NCBI GenBank assembly: GCA_037190625.1
Contig: JBBCJP010000008.1
Coordinates: 716 to 64,715, forward strand
Direction of reading: 5' to 3'
Length of the DNA stretch: 64,000 bases
From: Alphaproteobacteria bacterium
GTDB taxonomy: Bacteria; Pseudomonadota; Alphaproteobacteria; Sphingomonadales; Sphingomonadaceae
The notes beneath the pieces are model-generated. The model had not been told where the DNA came from and made no database searches. It saw only the letters and a list, made by a program, of their open reading frames with translations. The position numbers were made by a program, and so were the translations under genes. Shown here piece after piece: positions 1-9,706 of this stretch (positions are counted from its first letter, which is position 1; each line of letters starts with the position of its first letter).

Positions 1-182
1 CCGGACAGCGATCGGCCGCGCCGGTCGGTCTGGGTGAAATCGGCGGTCATCGTATCGACGCCGCGCAAATGGGCCTGGACCAGCGCCAGTCCGTCCGAAG
101 CCTGGGCATGGACGGCGATGGGCGCGGCGACGGCGGCCAGCGCCAGCGGGGCCAGAGCGAGGGCGAGAGCGCGAAGGCGCAT
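1..182 (-). CDS. lolA: Outer-membrane lipoprotein carrier LolA, 5' part (runs off window)
   Basis: Manual translation from ATG at 182: MRLRALALALAPLALAAVAAPIAVHAQASDGLALVQAHLRGVDTMTADFTQTDRRGRSLSG. Signal peptide plus the ADFTQ motif; lies downstream of ftsK as is usual in alphaproteobacteria. Not in the ORF track. Confidence 0.85.
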   Translation of the reverse strand, partial: MRLRALALALAPLALAAVAAPIAVHAQASDGLALVQAHLRGVDTMTADFTQTDRRGRSLS

Positions 183-273
183 ATGTCTTTTCCTTTGCGG
201 ACCGTTCCGAATTCCGCCGCGCTATGGCGGCGCGCGTTTGAATGTCCAGTGAACCTTCCGGGTTCCGCGTCCG

Positions 274-693
274 TCACCCGAAACGAAGACAACAATGGCC
301 ATCGCGGCTCATGCTGAAATCGCATTGCCGAAGAATGTCCATGCCGATGAGGGCGTTGAATTCAAACGTATCGGTCAGCTCGATTCCGATCACCTCGTCG
401 AAGACGAAGGGAAAGGCAGGATTGCTTGACGAGGTCTGATCGGGCTTGAAGCCGATGCGGAATGCATAACGTTCGACCTGGCCAAGCCCCTGCGCGGACT
501 TGAGAGGACGTTTGCCGAGCTGCTTCAGGCCCATGTCTTCCGCAATCCGCGTCGCCACGCCGCTCACCGACGAGCCGGTATCGATAAGCGCGGTGGCTTC
601 CCAGCCGGTCAGATCGGCTACGGGATAGGGAGCAAGGACGATGACAGGCAGGAGGATGCGGCGTGGTTCGCGCCGCCACTCAATGGCCGACAT
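274..693 (-). CDS. Retropepsin-like (clan AA) aspartyl protease, cytoplasmic, 139 aa
   Basis: ALIDTGSS catalytic motif and C-terminal ALIGMDIL motif. Start placed at ATG 693 because the upstream part of the track ORF overlaps the partner gene. Confidence 0.85.
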   Translation of the reverse strand: MSAIEWRREPRRILLPVIVLAPYPVADLTGWEATALIDTGSSVSGVATRIAEDMGLKQLGKRPLKSAQGLGQVERYAFRIGFKPDQTSSSNPAFPFVFDEVIGIELTDTFEFNALIGMDILRQCDFSMSRDGHCCLRFG

Positions 694-931
694 GAGACCA
701 GAAGCCGAGATCGATCGGCTCGTCAGTGACCTCCTGAATAGAAAAGATTTCGTCCGGGAAGAGTTCGGAGGCTGCGGAAAGCGCCTGTCGCGGCGTATCA
801 TAATAACCGACAATTCGCCCGTCACGCATGAGGGCCAACTGATCCCGATGCTCAGGCAAGATCGCGCCAAGCATCCTCATGAACGCATCATAGTTCCGAT
901 CGACTTCTTGTTGCTGGCGCTCGATGTCCAT
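680..931 (-). CDS. DUF5678-like small protein (83 aa), partner of the aspartyl protease
   Basis: NYDAF..ML..IL.EHRDQLALMRDGRIVGYYDT...A pattern; 14-nt overlap with the protease start. Confidence 0.7.
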   Translation of the reverse strand: MDIERQQQEVDRNYDAFMRMLGAILPEHRDQLALMRDGRIVGYYDTPRQALSAASELFPDEIFSIQEVTDEPIDLGFWSHVGH

Positions 932-1029
932 CCTCGGAATCCTTTCGGTTCATCCACAGAATCGCACGGATCGTCGTTCACGCAAAGTGGATTGCGCCGG
1001 GCGGAATCGTGCGCGGGACGAACTGCGTA

Positions 1030-3330
1030 TCAGCCCAGCGGCCGTCCGTCCGGATCGACCAGGACTTCGCGGCGGCCGACATGATCGGGGGCGGAGACGA
1101 TGCCTTCCTTCTCCATCCGCTCGATCAGGCGCGCGGCGTTGTTGTAGCCGACGCGCAGCTGGCGCTGGAGATAGGAGGTGGACGCCTTCTGGCTTTCGGC
1201 GACGACCTGGACGGCCTTGCGGAACATCTGGGTTTCGGCATCGTCCTCGCCGGTCGGCTGGCCCTCGAACAGATAGCCGCCGTCCTCCGGTTCCTCGGTG
1301 ACCGCCTGGACATAATCGGGCTGGCCCTGGCCGCGCCAGTAATCCGCCACCGCGCGCACCTCCTCGTCGGAGACGAAGGGGCCGTGGACGCGCACGATCT
1401 GCTTGCCACCGGGCATGTAGAGCATGTCGCCCTTGCCCAGCAGCTGCTCGGCGCCCTGCTCGCCGAGGATGGTGCGCGAATCGATCTTCGAGGTGACCGA
1501 GAAGGAGATGCGGGTCGGCAAGTTCGCCTTGATGACGCCGGTGATGACGTCGACCGAGGGGCGCTGCGTCGCCATGATCAGGTGGATGCCGGCGGCGCGC
1601 GCCTTCTGGGCGAGGCGCTGGATCAGGAATTCGACCTCCTTGCCGGCGGTCATCATCAGATCGGCCAGCTCGTCCACCACCACAACGATCTGGGGCAGGA
1701 TGTCATATTCCAGCTCCTCCATCTCGTAGGTGGGCTGGCCGGTTTCGGGATCGTAGCCGGTCTGCACGCGGCGGCCGAGCGGCTGGCCCTTCATCCGCGC
1801 CTCGCGCACCTTGGCGTTGAAGCTGGAGAGCTGGCGCACGCCGACCGACGCCATCATCCGGTAGCGCTCCTCCATCTGCTCGACGGTCCATTTGAGCGCG
1901 CGGATCGCCTTGGCGGGCTCGGTGACGACCGGGGAGAGGAGATGCGGGATGTCGTCATAGACGCTGAGTTCCAGCATCTTGGGATCGATCATGATCATTT
2001 TGCACTGCTCGGGCGTCAGCCGGTAGAGCAAAGAGAGGATCATGCAGTTGAGCCCCACCGACTTGCCCGAGCCGGTCGTGCCGGCGACGAGCAGGTGCGG
2101 CATCGGCGCGAGATCGGCGACCACCGGATCGCCGGCGATGTTCTTGCCCAGGATGATCGGCAGCGAGGCGACCTGATCCTCGAAAGCCGGGCTGGCGACC
2201 AGCTCGGACAGGCTCACCATCTCGCGTTTGGCGTTGGGCAGCTCGATGCCGATCACCGAGCGGCCCGGAATGGTGGCGACGCGGGCCGACAGCGCCGACA
2301 TGTTGCGGGCGATGTCGTCGGCGAGCTGGATGACGCGGCTGGCCTTGATGCCGCTCGCCGGCTCCAGTTCGTACATGGTGACGACCGGGCCGGGCCGGAC
2401 CTCGACGATCTCGCCCTTCACCGAGAAATCCTCGAGCACGCTTTCGAGCAGGCGGGCGTTGCGCTCCAGCGCGGCCTTGTCGAGCGCCACGTTCACGGGC
2501 GGCGGGGCGGGATTGAGCAGGTCGATCGAGGGCAGGGTGTAGCTGTCGCCCAAAGCCAGCGAGGGCTGGCGCTCGCGCAGGGGGCGCCGCTCGCGCTCTC
2601 GCGGTGCCGTCCGGTCGGCGATCACAGGCCCGCGCTGCGCCTCCGCGGGCGCGACCGCCGCACGGGCCGGGCGCGGCTCGGGCTCCGGCCGGTTGCCGAC
2701 CTGGACGCGCTCGCGCTTCGCCCGCCGTGTCGCAAGCCAGGCGCGCTCCTCCACGGTCAGGCCGAGGCCGAACAGGCACAAGGCCAGGCCGCCCGCGGCG
2801 GCGAGCGCGATCACCGCGATCCGGAACGGCTGGACAAAGCCTGGGTCGCCGAGCTGGGCAAGGCCCAAATCGGTGAGCCCGGCCAAGGCGAGGCCGATGC
2901 CGCCCCCCCAGCCGGCCGGCAACCCGCCGACCGCGCCGCCGACGACCAGCGTCGCGGCGAGGCCGATCAGCAAGATCCCGGCCAAGGTGATGAGGAGCGA
3001 ACGGAGCCAGCGCCCCGCTTCGGCGCCGCGCGCGATCCTGAGCCCGAGCACGAGCAGCAGCGGCAGGACCAGCGCGGAGGGTGGCCCGAGCAGGCTCAGC
3101 ATCAGATCCGCCACCCAGGCGCCGGGCGCGCCGATCCAGTTGCCGACCGGGCCGGCGGCGGCGGTGTTGAGCGAGGGATCGCTGGTCCGGTAGCTCACCA
3201 GAGCGAGCGCGGCGAGCAGCGAGAAGCCCGCCAGCGCGAGGCCGCCAAGCACCGAGCCCGATCGCCGCGCCGCCTGGTTGAGGCCTTCCCGCCACCGCGC
3301 CATCCGGCCCTGGGCTGTCGTCGCCGCCAT
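1030..3330 (-). CDS. ftsK: DNA translocase FtsK
   Basis: N-terminal TM segments, Walker A GTTGSGKS, MIDPKMLELSVY, ATQRPSVDVITG and a C-terminal gamma domain. Start set at MAATTAQ (ATG 3330). Confidence 0.97.
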   Translation of the reverse strand: MAATTAQGRMARWREGLNQAARRSGSVLGGLALAGFSLLAALALVSYRTSDPSLNTAAAGPVGNWIGAPGAWVADLMLSLLGPPSALVLPLLLVLGLRIARGAEAGRWLRSLLITLAGILLIGLAATLVVGGAVGGLPAGWGGGIGLALAGLTDLGLAQLGDPGFVQPFRIAVIALAAAGGLALCLFGLGLTVEERAWLATRRAKRERVQVGNRPEPEPRPARAAVAPAEAQRGPVIADRTAPRERERRPLRERQPSLALGDSYTLPSIDLLNPAPPPVNVALDKAALERNARLLESVLEDFSVKGEIVEVRPGPVVTMYELEPASGIKASRVIQLADDIARNMSALSARVATIPGRSVIGIELPNAKREMVSLSELVASPAFEDQVASLPIILGKNIAGDPVVADLAPMPHLLVAGTTGSGKSVGLNCMILSLLYRLTPEQCKMIMIDPKMLELSVYDDIPHLLSPVVTEPAKAIRALKWTVEQMEERYRMMASVGVRQLSSFNAKVREARMKGQPLGRRVQTGYDPETGQPTYEMEELEYDILPQIVVVVDELADLMMTAGKEVEFLIQRLAQKARAAGIHLIMATQRPSVDVITGVIKANLPTRISFSVTSKIDSRTILGEQGAEQLLGKGDMLYMPGGKQIVRVHGPFVSDEEVRAVADYWRGQGQPDYVQAVTEEPEDGGYLFEGQPTGEDDAETQMFRKAVQVVAESQKASTSYLQRQLRVGYNNAARLIERMEKEGIVSAPDHVGRREVLVDPDGRPLG

Positions 3331-3427
3331 CAATTCGTGCCCCAAATGTTCCCGTTGCCCACCATGCGCCCGCCCGGACTCCCCGGTCAAGCTTGGCGTC
3401 GCCCTCTCGTCCCGCTAGAGCGGCGGA

Positions 3428-4648
3428 ATGCGGCAAGCGGACGTCATCATCCTCGGCGGCGGCCTGGTCGGGCTGACGCTCGCCATCGCGCTCGACCGGC
3501 ATGGGCTTACCAGCCTGGTCATCGATCCGGCCGATCCGGAAAAGCAGGTCGCGCCCAGCTATGACGGCCGCGCCACCGCGGTGTCGTCATCGTCGTGGCG
3601 GATGCTGGAGGCGATCGGCGTGGCCGAACGGCTGGCCGGGCGAACCTGCGCGATCCAGGCGATCCGGGTCAGCGATGGGCTCAAGCCCGGCGGCATCCTG
3701 TTCGATCCGGCGGACGAGAGCGATCCGCTCGGCATCATGGTGGAGAACCGGCTGCTGCGGGCGGCCTTGCGCGACGTGGCGCTGGCGGCGGAGCGGATCG
3801 ACCTTCGGATGCCGGCTCGCGCCGCCTCCATCGAACGCGACGCGATGGGCGTGCGGATCGCCCTCGACGATGGCGGCGAGGCGCGCGCGCCGCTGCTGAT
3901 CGGCGCGGAGGGCCGCAATTCGCCGGTGCGCGAGGCGGCGCACATTCCGCTGGCGCGCTGGCGCTACGATCATGTCGCGATCGTCGCCACCGTAACGCAC
4001 GAATGCGATCACGAGCGGACCGCCTACGAAATCTTCTATCCCGCCGGTCCGTTCGCGATTCTGCCGATGCAGGCGGGCGAGGACGGGAAATTCCGCTCGG
4101 CGATCGTCTGGTCGGTTTCGGCGAAGGACGGTCCCGCCGTCGCGGCGCTGCCGGACCGGGCGCTGGCGCAGGAGATCGAGAAGCGGATGGGCGGTTTCCT
4201 GGGCGCGGTGGCACTGGCCGGCCCGCGCTGGTCATACCCGCTCGGCTTCCACCATGCCGCGCGGATCACCGACACGCGCCTCGCCCTGGTCGGCGATGCC
4301 GCCCACGGCATCCACCCGATCGCCGGGCAGGGCCTCAATCTCGGCTTCCGCGACGCCGCCGCGCTCGCCGAAGTGCTGGTCGAAGGCGCGCGGCTCGGGC
4401 TCGACCTTGGCGACGCCCAGTTGCTCGATCGCTACCAGAGGTGGCGCAGCCTCGACACGTTCATGGTCGCGCTCGCGACGGACGGCCTGACCCGGCTTTA
4501 CGGCGTGCCCGGCAAGACGGCCTCGGCGATCCGCCGCTTCGGCATGGGCGCGGTGCAGCGGATCGGGCCATTGAAGGACCGGCTGATGGCCGAAGCGCGG
4601 GGGGAATCGGGCGAAATGCCGCTATTGCTGCGCGGCCTGACGATCTAG
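3428..4648 (+). CDS. UbiH/UbiF/UbiL/COQ6-family FAD-dependent ubiquinone hydroxylase
   Basis: GGGLVG FAD motif, [28 protein letters not shown]. Confidence 0.92.
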   Translation: MRQADVIILGGGLVGLTLAIALDRHGLTSLVIDPADPEKQVAPSYDGRATAVSSSSWRMLEAIGVAERLAGRTCAIQAIRVSDGLKPGGILFDPADESDPLGIMVENRLLRAALRDVALAAERIDLRMPARAASIERDAMGVRIALDDGGEARAPLLIGAEGRNSPVREAAHIPLARWRYDHVAIVATVTHECDHERTAYEIFYPAGPFAILPMQAGEDGKFRSAIVWSVSAKDGPAVAALPDRALAQEIEKRMGGFLGAVALAGPRWSYPLGFHHAARITDTRLALVGDAAHGIHPIAGQGLNLGFRDAAALAEVLVEGARLGLDLGDAQLLDRYQRWRSLDTFMVALATDGLTRLYGVPGKTASAIRRFGMGAVQRIGPLKDRLMAEARGESGEMPLLLRGLTI

Positions 4649-4810
4649 CGCGCGCGCCTCCTCGACCAGCAGCACCGGGACGCCATCGCGAATCGGGAAA
4701 GCGAGGCCGGCCGCCTCCGACACCAATTCTTGTGCCGCCTCGTCATAACGAAGCGGCGCGCGCGTCACCGGGCAGGCCAGTTTGGCGAGCAGCACCGGAT
4801 CGAGGCTCAT
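4622..4810 (-). CDS. Trm112/YcaR-like protein
   Basis: [10 protein letters not shown]...[12 protein letters not shown] signature. Confidence 0.9.
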   Translation of the reverse strand: MSLDPVLLAKLACPVTRAPLRYDEAAQELVSEAAGLAFPIRDGVPVLLVEEARALDRQAAQQ

Positions 4811-5439
4811 TGCAGTGTCTGCGGGCCGTCGGCGCCGCCGGGCGCCATGCGCTGGAATTGCATGAACTGGACGAGCAGGTCGGCGCGGGCGAGCAGATCG
4901 GGCGCTTCCAGCAGCGCCTGCTTGGATCCGACGTCGAGCGGGGCGATCTGGGCGATGCCGTTCACCAGCATCTCATCGTCGAGCCGCGTGACGGAGTCCC
5001 AATCGACGGAATAGCCGAGCGAATCGGCGTAAGCCCGCGCCTCTCGCTCGATCTCGGCGCGGTGGGCGATGCCAAGCGGCTCGTCCTCCTCGTCATCGTC
5101 GAAGCCGGCGCGGTCGGCATCGACCTGGCGATAGAGGGTATCGACCTGGGCTTCGCGCGCGATGCGGAATCGGCCGAGCCCTTCGAGCACGATGTTGAAC
5201 CGTCCGTCCTCCAACTCCTCGCAGCCGTCGATCCGGCCAATGCAGCCAATGTCGAACAAGGCCGGCGCCTCGCCATCCCCTCTCGGCTGCACCATCGCGA
5301 TCAGCCGGTCGCCGTCCAGCGCATCGCGGATCATGGCGCGGTAGCGCGGCTCGAAGATGTGCAGCGGCAATTGCGCGCGCGGAAAGAGCAGGGCTCCGGC
5401 GAGCGGGAAGACCGGCACGCGGAGCAGCGCATCTGCCAT
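4807..5439 (-). CDS. LON peptidase substrate-binding domain protein
   Basis: [26 protein letters not shown] motif; start ATG 5439; ATGA overlap with the Trm112 gene. Confidence 0.9.
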   Translation of the reverse strand: MADALLRVPVFPLAGALLFPRAQLPLHIFEPRYRAMIRDALDGDRLIAMVQPRGDGEAPALFDIGCIGRIDGCEELEDGRFNIVLEGLGRFRIAREAQVDTLYRQVDADRAGFDDDEEDEPLGIAHRAEIEREARAYADSLGYSVDWDSVTRLDDEMLVNGIAQIAPLDVGSKQALLEAPDLLARADLLVQFMQFQRMAPGGADGPQTLQ

Positions 5440-5441
5440 GA

Positions 5442-6350
5442 TCAGCCGAACAGGATCTGCGACAGCCGCCGCCGCTGCGCCGCCGCCCAGGGATCTTCCA
5501 GACCGATCGCTTCGAGCATTTGCAGCAACCGCTGGCGCGCGGCGCCTTCGTTCCACTCGCGGTCGCGGGCGATGCTTTCGAGGAGCTGGTCCGCAGCTGC
5601 ATCGCGATTGCCCGCCGTCATCAGCGCACCGGCCAGCTCGTAACGCGCCTCGTGATCGTCCGGGTCTTTCGCGATCCGCGCTTCGAACTCGGCCGTCTCG
5701 CCGGTGGGGGCGATCTCGGCCAGCGCGATGGCGGAGCGTGCCTGCGCCACCGCCGCATCCTTCGCCGCCTTTTCCGGCAGCGCGTCCAGCGCCGCCTTGG
5801 CCTCGTCGATCCGCCCGGCCGCGACCAGCGCACGGGCGAGGCCGGCGGTCGCCTCTGGATGCTCCGGCGCCATCTCGACGATCTGGCCGAAAATGTTCGC
5901 GGCGCGCTCGGCATCGCCTTCTGCCAGCACCTGCTCGCCCATTTCGATCAGCGGCTCGATCTGCGTCTCGAGCTGCTGCGCCTCGCCCTGGACCGGGAGC
6001 TGGGCGAGCAGCTGGTCGAGCGCGCCGCCAATCTGGCCTTCGGTCCGCGCCGGGGTAAGGTCGGCGACCGGTTGGCCCTGGAAAATCGCATAGACGGTGG
6101 GAATGGACTGGACGCGAAACTGGGCGGCGATGAACTTGTCCTGGTCGACGTCGATCTTGACCAGCTTCACGCCCTTGTCGGCATAATCGGCGGCGACCTT
6201 CTCCAGCACGGGCCCGAGCTGCTTGCAGGGCCCACACCATTCCGCCCAGAAATCGAGGATGACGAGGCTCGTCATGCTCGGCTCGACGACGTCGCGCCGG
6301 AATCGCTCGACAGCCTCGCGCTCGGCCTCGGTCATGCCCAATGTCGCCAC
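5442..6350 (-). CDS. cnoX: Thioredoxin-TPR co-chaperone CnoX/YbbN
   Basis: DFWAEWCGPCKQL thioredoxin site followed by TPR-like helices; GTG start at 6350 inferred. Confidence 0.88.
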   Translation of the reverse strand: MATLGMTEAEREAVERFRRDVVEPSMTSLVILDFWAEWCGPCKQLGPVLEKVAADYADKGVKLVKIDVDQDKFIAAQFRVQSIPTVYAIFQGQPVADLTPARTEGQIGGALDQLLAQLPVQGEAQQLETQIEPLIEMGEQVLAEGDAERAANIFGQIVEMAPEHPEATAGLARALVAAGRIDEAKAALDALPEKAAKDAAVAQARSAIALAEIAPTGETAEFEARIAKDPDDHEARYELAGALMTAGNRDAAADQLLESIARDREWNEGAARQRLLQMLEAIGLEDPWAAAQRRRLSQILFG

Positions 6351-6389
6351 GTCGAACCTTTCCGGAAAAATGGGATGTCGCAGGGGTTC

Positions 6390-6417
6390 TATGTGGGAAG
6401 AACGCCCCCGATGCCAA
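6390..6417 (-). promoter_or_regulatory. Candidate RpoH (sigma32) promoter for cnoX-LON-Trm112
   Basis: Minus strand TTGGCA-N14-CCCACATA, about 40 nt upstream of the start; fits heat-shock gene content. Confidence 0.5.
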
Positions 6418-6434
6418 CCCCGTTGCCAAAGGGT

Positions 6435-6458
6435 CCTTCGACGAAGCTCAGGACAGGC
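6435..6458. repeat. Partial copy of the CTTCGACAAGCTCAG palindromic repeat family
   Basis: CCTTCGACGAAGCTCAGGACAGGC resembles the right arm of the element at 18283-18367. Confidence 0.55.
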
Positions 6459-6528
6459 TTGCGGAAGGGAAAAGCCCATGCTAGCAGCCGCCGCCTTACC
6501 CGGACCGGCCCCGCCGGTTCCGCCGAGA

Positions 6529-6603
6529 GCGGGCGTAGCTCAGGGGTAGAGCACAACCTTGCCAAGGTTGGGGTCGAGGGTTCGAATCCCTTCGCCCGCT
6601 CCA
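6529..6603 (+). tRNA. tRNA-Gly (GCC)
   Basis: GCGGGCG acceptor stem pairing CGCCCGC, D-arm GCTCAGGGGTAGAGC, anticodon loop TTGCCAA, T-loop GTTCGAATC, encoded CCA end. Confidence 0.98.
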
Positions 6604-6624
6604 GTTTTTCAGACGAGGGTCGCC

Positions 6625-7134
6625 ATGAAGTTTTCAGCCTCCCTCGCGCTTGCCGCCGCGGCGCTGAGCCTTTCCGCCTGCGGCCAGTCCGACAGCGACC
6701 GCCTGTCCGATCTCGCCAACGAGCTCGATGCCGAGCGCCAGGCCGAGCTGAACGCGCCGGCGCCGCAATCGGCCACCACGCCGTCGGGCCTCCGCTTCGA
6801 GACGCTCGCGCCGGGGAATGGCCCGCGCCCGCAGCTCGGCCAGCCGGTGCTGGTCACTTACGAAGGGCGGCTGGCCGACGGCACCGTCTTCGATTCCAGC
6901 GAGCAGCCGGTGCCGATGGTGGTGGGGCAGCTTATCCCCGGCTTCAACGAAGGCCTGATGATGATGAACAAGGGCGGCCGCTACCGCCTGCGCATCCCGC
7001 CCGCGCTCGGCTATGGCGAGCGTGGCGCCGGCGGCGGCGTGATCCCCCCCAATGCCGAGCTGGATTTCACGGTGACGCTGGTGGACATCGCCAATTCCGG
7101 CCCCGCCCAGATGCTGCCGCCCGCCGGCAACTGA
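6625..7134 (+). CDS. FKBP-type peptidyl-prolyl isomerase, lipoprotein
   Basis: Lipobox LSACG; VTYEGRLADGTVFDSS, LIPGFNEGL, IPPALGYG motifs. Confidence 0.93.
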   Translation: MKFSASLALAAAALSLSACGQSDSDRLSDLANELDAERQAELNAPAPQSATTPSGLRFETLAPGNGPRPQLGQPVLVTYEGRLADGTVFDSSEQPVPMVVGQLIPGFNEGLMMMNKGGRYRLRIPPALGYGERGAGGGVIPPNAELDFTVTLVDIANSGPAQMLPPAGN

Positions 7135-7142
7135 CCGGCGGA

Positions 7143-8045
7143 TTATTGCGCTGGCGGCGGGACGTCGCTGCTCGGCGAGGGCGTCCGCGGCTCCAGCAGA
7201 GCGGCCGTCTCGATCGCATCCAGCGCGCGGCGCGCCAGCACGTAGCGGCGCGCGTCCATCGCCCATTCGCGCGCGGCGTCGCGGCCCGGCAGGCGCATCA
7301 CCTCGGCCAGGGCCGGCGCGACCTCGCCCGTTTCCAGCCAGCGCATCGCCCGACGCAGGCGCTCGGTCGGCACCGGCGACGGCGTGCCTTCGCGGCGCAC
7401 GATGATCAGCCCGCCCAGCTCGGCGCGGATCGCGTCCCACCATCCCTGCTCGGGTCCCGCCCGGACCAGTTGCGGGGCCACGCCTTGCAGCCCGTCCTGC
7501 AATTCCTGCAGCGTCACCGGCTCGCGCGCGGCGGCGATGATCGTGCCGACCGCTTGCGGCTGGGTCGCGCCGAAGCGCTGGCGCAGCAGTGCCTCCAGGA
7601 AGCCAAGCGGCACGCCGCGATCGAGCGCGCGCCGCGCCGCGAACGCGACCAGCAGACCTTCGGCGCGATCGGCATTGCCGACGGCGGCGCGCGACTGCGA
7701 ATCGACCTGGCCGATCCGCTGCTCCAGCGTGGCCACCCGCCGGGTGATTTCGGGATCGATGACGATCCGCTGCGGTTCGGCGCCGGGCGCTGGATTGGGC
7801 ACTGCCGGGCGCGCCACTTCGGTGCCGGGTTCCGGCTCGGGCTCGGCGGGCGGCGCTTCGGCCGGGGCCGAAAGCGCTGGCGCGACGCCGACGAACCGGG
7901 CGGCGGCGTCCCATTTCGACAGCAGCCAGCCCATCGCCGCCAGCCCCAGCGCGAAGCAGATCAGCGCGAAGATCAGATAAGCGAGCCATCCGCGCCGGCG
8001 CGGCTCGGCCATCCGGGTGTCGATCGGATCGTAATCGGCGTTCAT
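7143..8045 (-). CDS. Mitofilin-domain protein (alphaproteobacterial Mic60-like, COG4223)
   Basis: N-terminal TM, coiled coil, C-terminal L..GEVAPALAEV..LP...A.EW...AR.Y pattern; third gene of hemC-hemD-X. Confidence 0.7.
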   Translation of the reverse strand: MNADYDPIDTRMAEPRRRGWLAYLIFALICFALGLAAMGWLLSKWDAAARFVGVAPALSAPAEAPPAEPEPEPGTEVARPAVPNPAPGAEPQRIVIDPEITRRVATLEQRIGQVDSQSRAAVGNADRAEGLLVAFAARRALDRGVPLGFLEALLRQRFGATQPQAVGTIIAAAREPVTLQELQDGLQGVAPQLVRAGPEQGWWDAIRAELGGLIIVRREGTPSPVPTERLRRAMRWLETGEVAPALAEVMRLPGRDAAREWAMDARRYVLARRALDAIETAALLEPRTPSPSSDVPPPAQ

Positions 8046-8743
8046 GCGTGCGGCGGCCTCATTTCGGCGCCAGTCTGGCACAGCTTCGCGGCAAGCTCCA
8101 GCAAGGCTTCGTCGCGCGGCCGATCGGCGACAACGATCCGGGCCCAGCCCGGCCCGGCTGTCTGCGCCACCTCGCCGCTCAGCGCTGCTATCCGGGTGGC
8201 GGCGCGCCGGTCCGCGGCGAGAATCGCGAACAAGGCGGCCGCCCGTGCAGAATGGAGCAAGGCGACGGCGCCTTCGTCCAATGCCTGCGAGGCCAGGGCG
8301 GACAGCCTGTCAACCGGATCGGCCGCATAGGCCGCGACCGGGACGATGCGCATGCCGGTTTCGGCCAGTGCCGTTCGATCCGCGCCCGACAGCCAAAGCG
8401 CGCAGCGCACGCCGTCCGCCGCCATGCGCGCGACCAGCGCGTCGCCGTCGGACGGCCCGGTCACGATCGTCGCGAAGCCCGCCTGCGCCGCCGCCTGCGC
8501 CGTCGCTTCCCCCACCGCATAGCAGGGCAGCGGCAGCAATGACGTCAAGCCGTCGCCGGCGAGGCGGGCGGCATTGGCGCTGGTCAGCATCACCGCATCG
8601 AACCGATCCGCCGGCGCCTGCCAGGCCAGCGGCCGCACCGTGAAGAGGGGAGCGGTGACGGGAGCCAGCCCCAGCGCGCGGGCGCGCGCCGCCGTCTCGT
8701 CCGCCCCCGGCTGCGGCCGCAGGATCAGGATGTCGGCGCTCAC
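8042..8743 (-). CDS. hemD: Uroporphyrinogen-III synthase
   Basis: ILILRPQPGA, VMLTSANA, YAVGEATA, ALLHSARAA; GTG start overlaps the hemC stop. Confidence 0.9.
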   Translation of the reverse strand: MSADILILRPQPGADETAARARALGLAPVTAPLFTVRPLAWQAPADRFDAVMLTSANAARLAGDGLTSLLPLPCYAVGEATAQAAAQAGFATIVTGPSDGDALVARMAADGVRCALWLSGADRTALAETGMRIVPVAAYAADPVDRLSALASQALDEGAVALLHSARAAALFAILAADRRAATRIAALSGEVAQTAGPGWARIVVADRPRDEALLELAAKLCQTGAEMRPPHA

Positions 8744-9618
8744 CGCGCGAACATCGCCCGCAGCGCCGGACTGGCCTCGGCCAGCAGCCGGGCGGCCAGC
8801 GCCGTGGGATCGCCGTCTGTGCCGCTCCGTACTTCGCGGCCGTCCGCGCTCAGGATTTCGGCCTCGATCCGGATCGTGCCGCCGTCCAGCACCGCCCGCG
8901 CGGCGACGGCGGAATGGCAATCGCCGCCCAGCGCCGCGAGAAAGGCGCGCTCGGCGGTCACGCAGGCATGGGTCTCGGCATGGCCGATCGCCGCCACCAG
9001 CGCCCGCACCGCATCATTGTCCGCCAATACCTCGATCCCGATCGCGCCCTGTGACGGCGCCGGGAGAAAGCCTTCGAGCGATGTGCCGGCATCGATCCCG
9101 AGGCGGTCCAGCCCGGCCGCCGCGAGCAACGTCGCCTCGAATTCGCCCCGCGCGATCTTGTCGAGTCGGGTCTGCACATTGCCCCGGATCGAGCCGACCG
9201 CCAGATCGGGCCGCCGCGCCAGCAATTGCGCGGTGCGCCGGGGCGAGGAGGTGCCGACCCTCGCGCCCTGCGGCAGCGCATCGAGGCTGCCGGCGCCGAT
9301 CAGCCGGTCGCGCGTATCAGCCCGCTTCAGCATCGCCGCGATGACCAGCCGCTCCGGCCGGATCGTCTCGACATCCTTCATCGAATGGACGGACAGGTCG
9401 GTGCGCCCGTCGATCAGCGCCCGGTCCAGCTCCTTGGTCCACAGCGCCTTGCCGCCGACTTCGGCGAGCGGGCGGTCCTGGATCACGTCGCCGGTGGTGG
9501 TGATGGGCACGATCTCGGTCTCGACGCCGCAGGTGGCGCGCAGCGCACCGGCCACCATATGGGCCTGGGCGAGCGCCAGCGGCGATCCGCGGGTACCGAT
9601 GCGAAGGGGATTGGTCAT
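8740..9618 (-). CDS. hemC: Hydroxymethylbilane synthase
   Basis: IGTRGSPLALAQA, GGKALWTKE, VHSMKD, GTSSPRR motifs. Confidence 0.97.
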   Translation of the reverse strand: MTNPLRIGTRGSPLALAQAHMVAGALRATCGVETEIVPITTTGDVIQDRPLAEVGGKALWTKELDRALIDGRTDLSVHSMKDVETIRPERLVIAAMLKRADTRDRLIGAGSLDALPQGARVGTSSPRRTAQLLARRPDLAVGSIRGNVQTRLDKIARGEFEATLLAAAGLDRLGIDAGTSLEGFLPAPSQGAIGIEVLADNDAVRALVAAIGHAETHACVTAERAFLAALGGDCHSAVAARAVLDGGTIRIEAEILSADGREVRSGTDGDPTALAARLLAEASPALRAMFAR

Positions 9619-9706
9619 GCGGCGCTTGTGCTAGCGGGGTTCGGGTTGCGGTGCCAGCCCGGCGCCAAGCTTGTTCCGTAACGAACGCAATGGCAGGGAA
9701 GCCGCG

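Noticed and set aside
694-870. N-terminal extension of the protease ORF given by the track
   Set aside because: It overlaps the DUF5678-like gene in another frame; ATG 693 gives a normal-length retropepsin.
1009-3564. Very long opposite-strand or alternate-frame ORFs (e.g. 1009-3564 +, 5520-8330 +, 41200-43473 -, 61258-63663 -)
   Set aside because: Shadow ORFs typical of high-GC DNA: they overlap well-supported genes and have no recognisable motifs.
6529-7134. tRNA-Gly as a possible island integration site
   Set aside because: No integrase follows, I saw no duplicated tRNA 3' end in the window, and the next gene has host-like composition.
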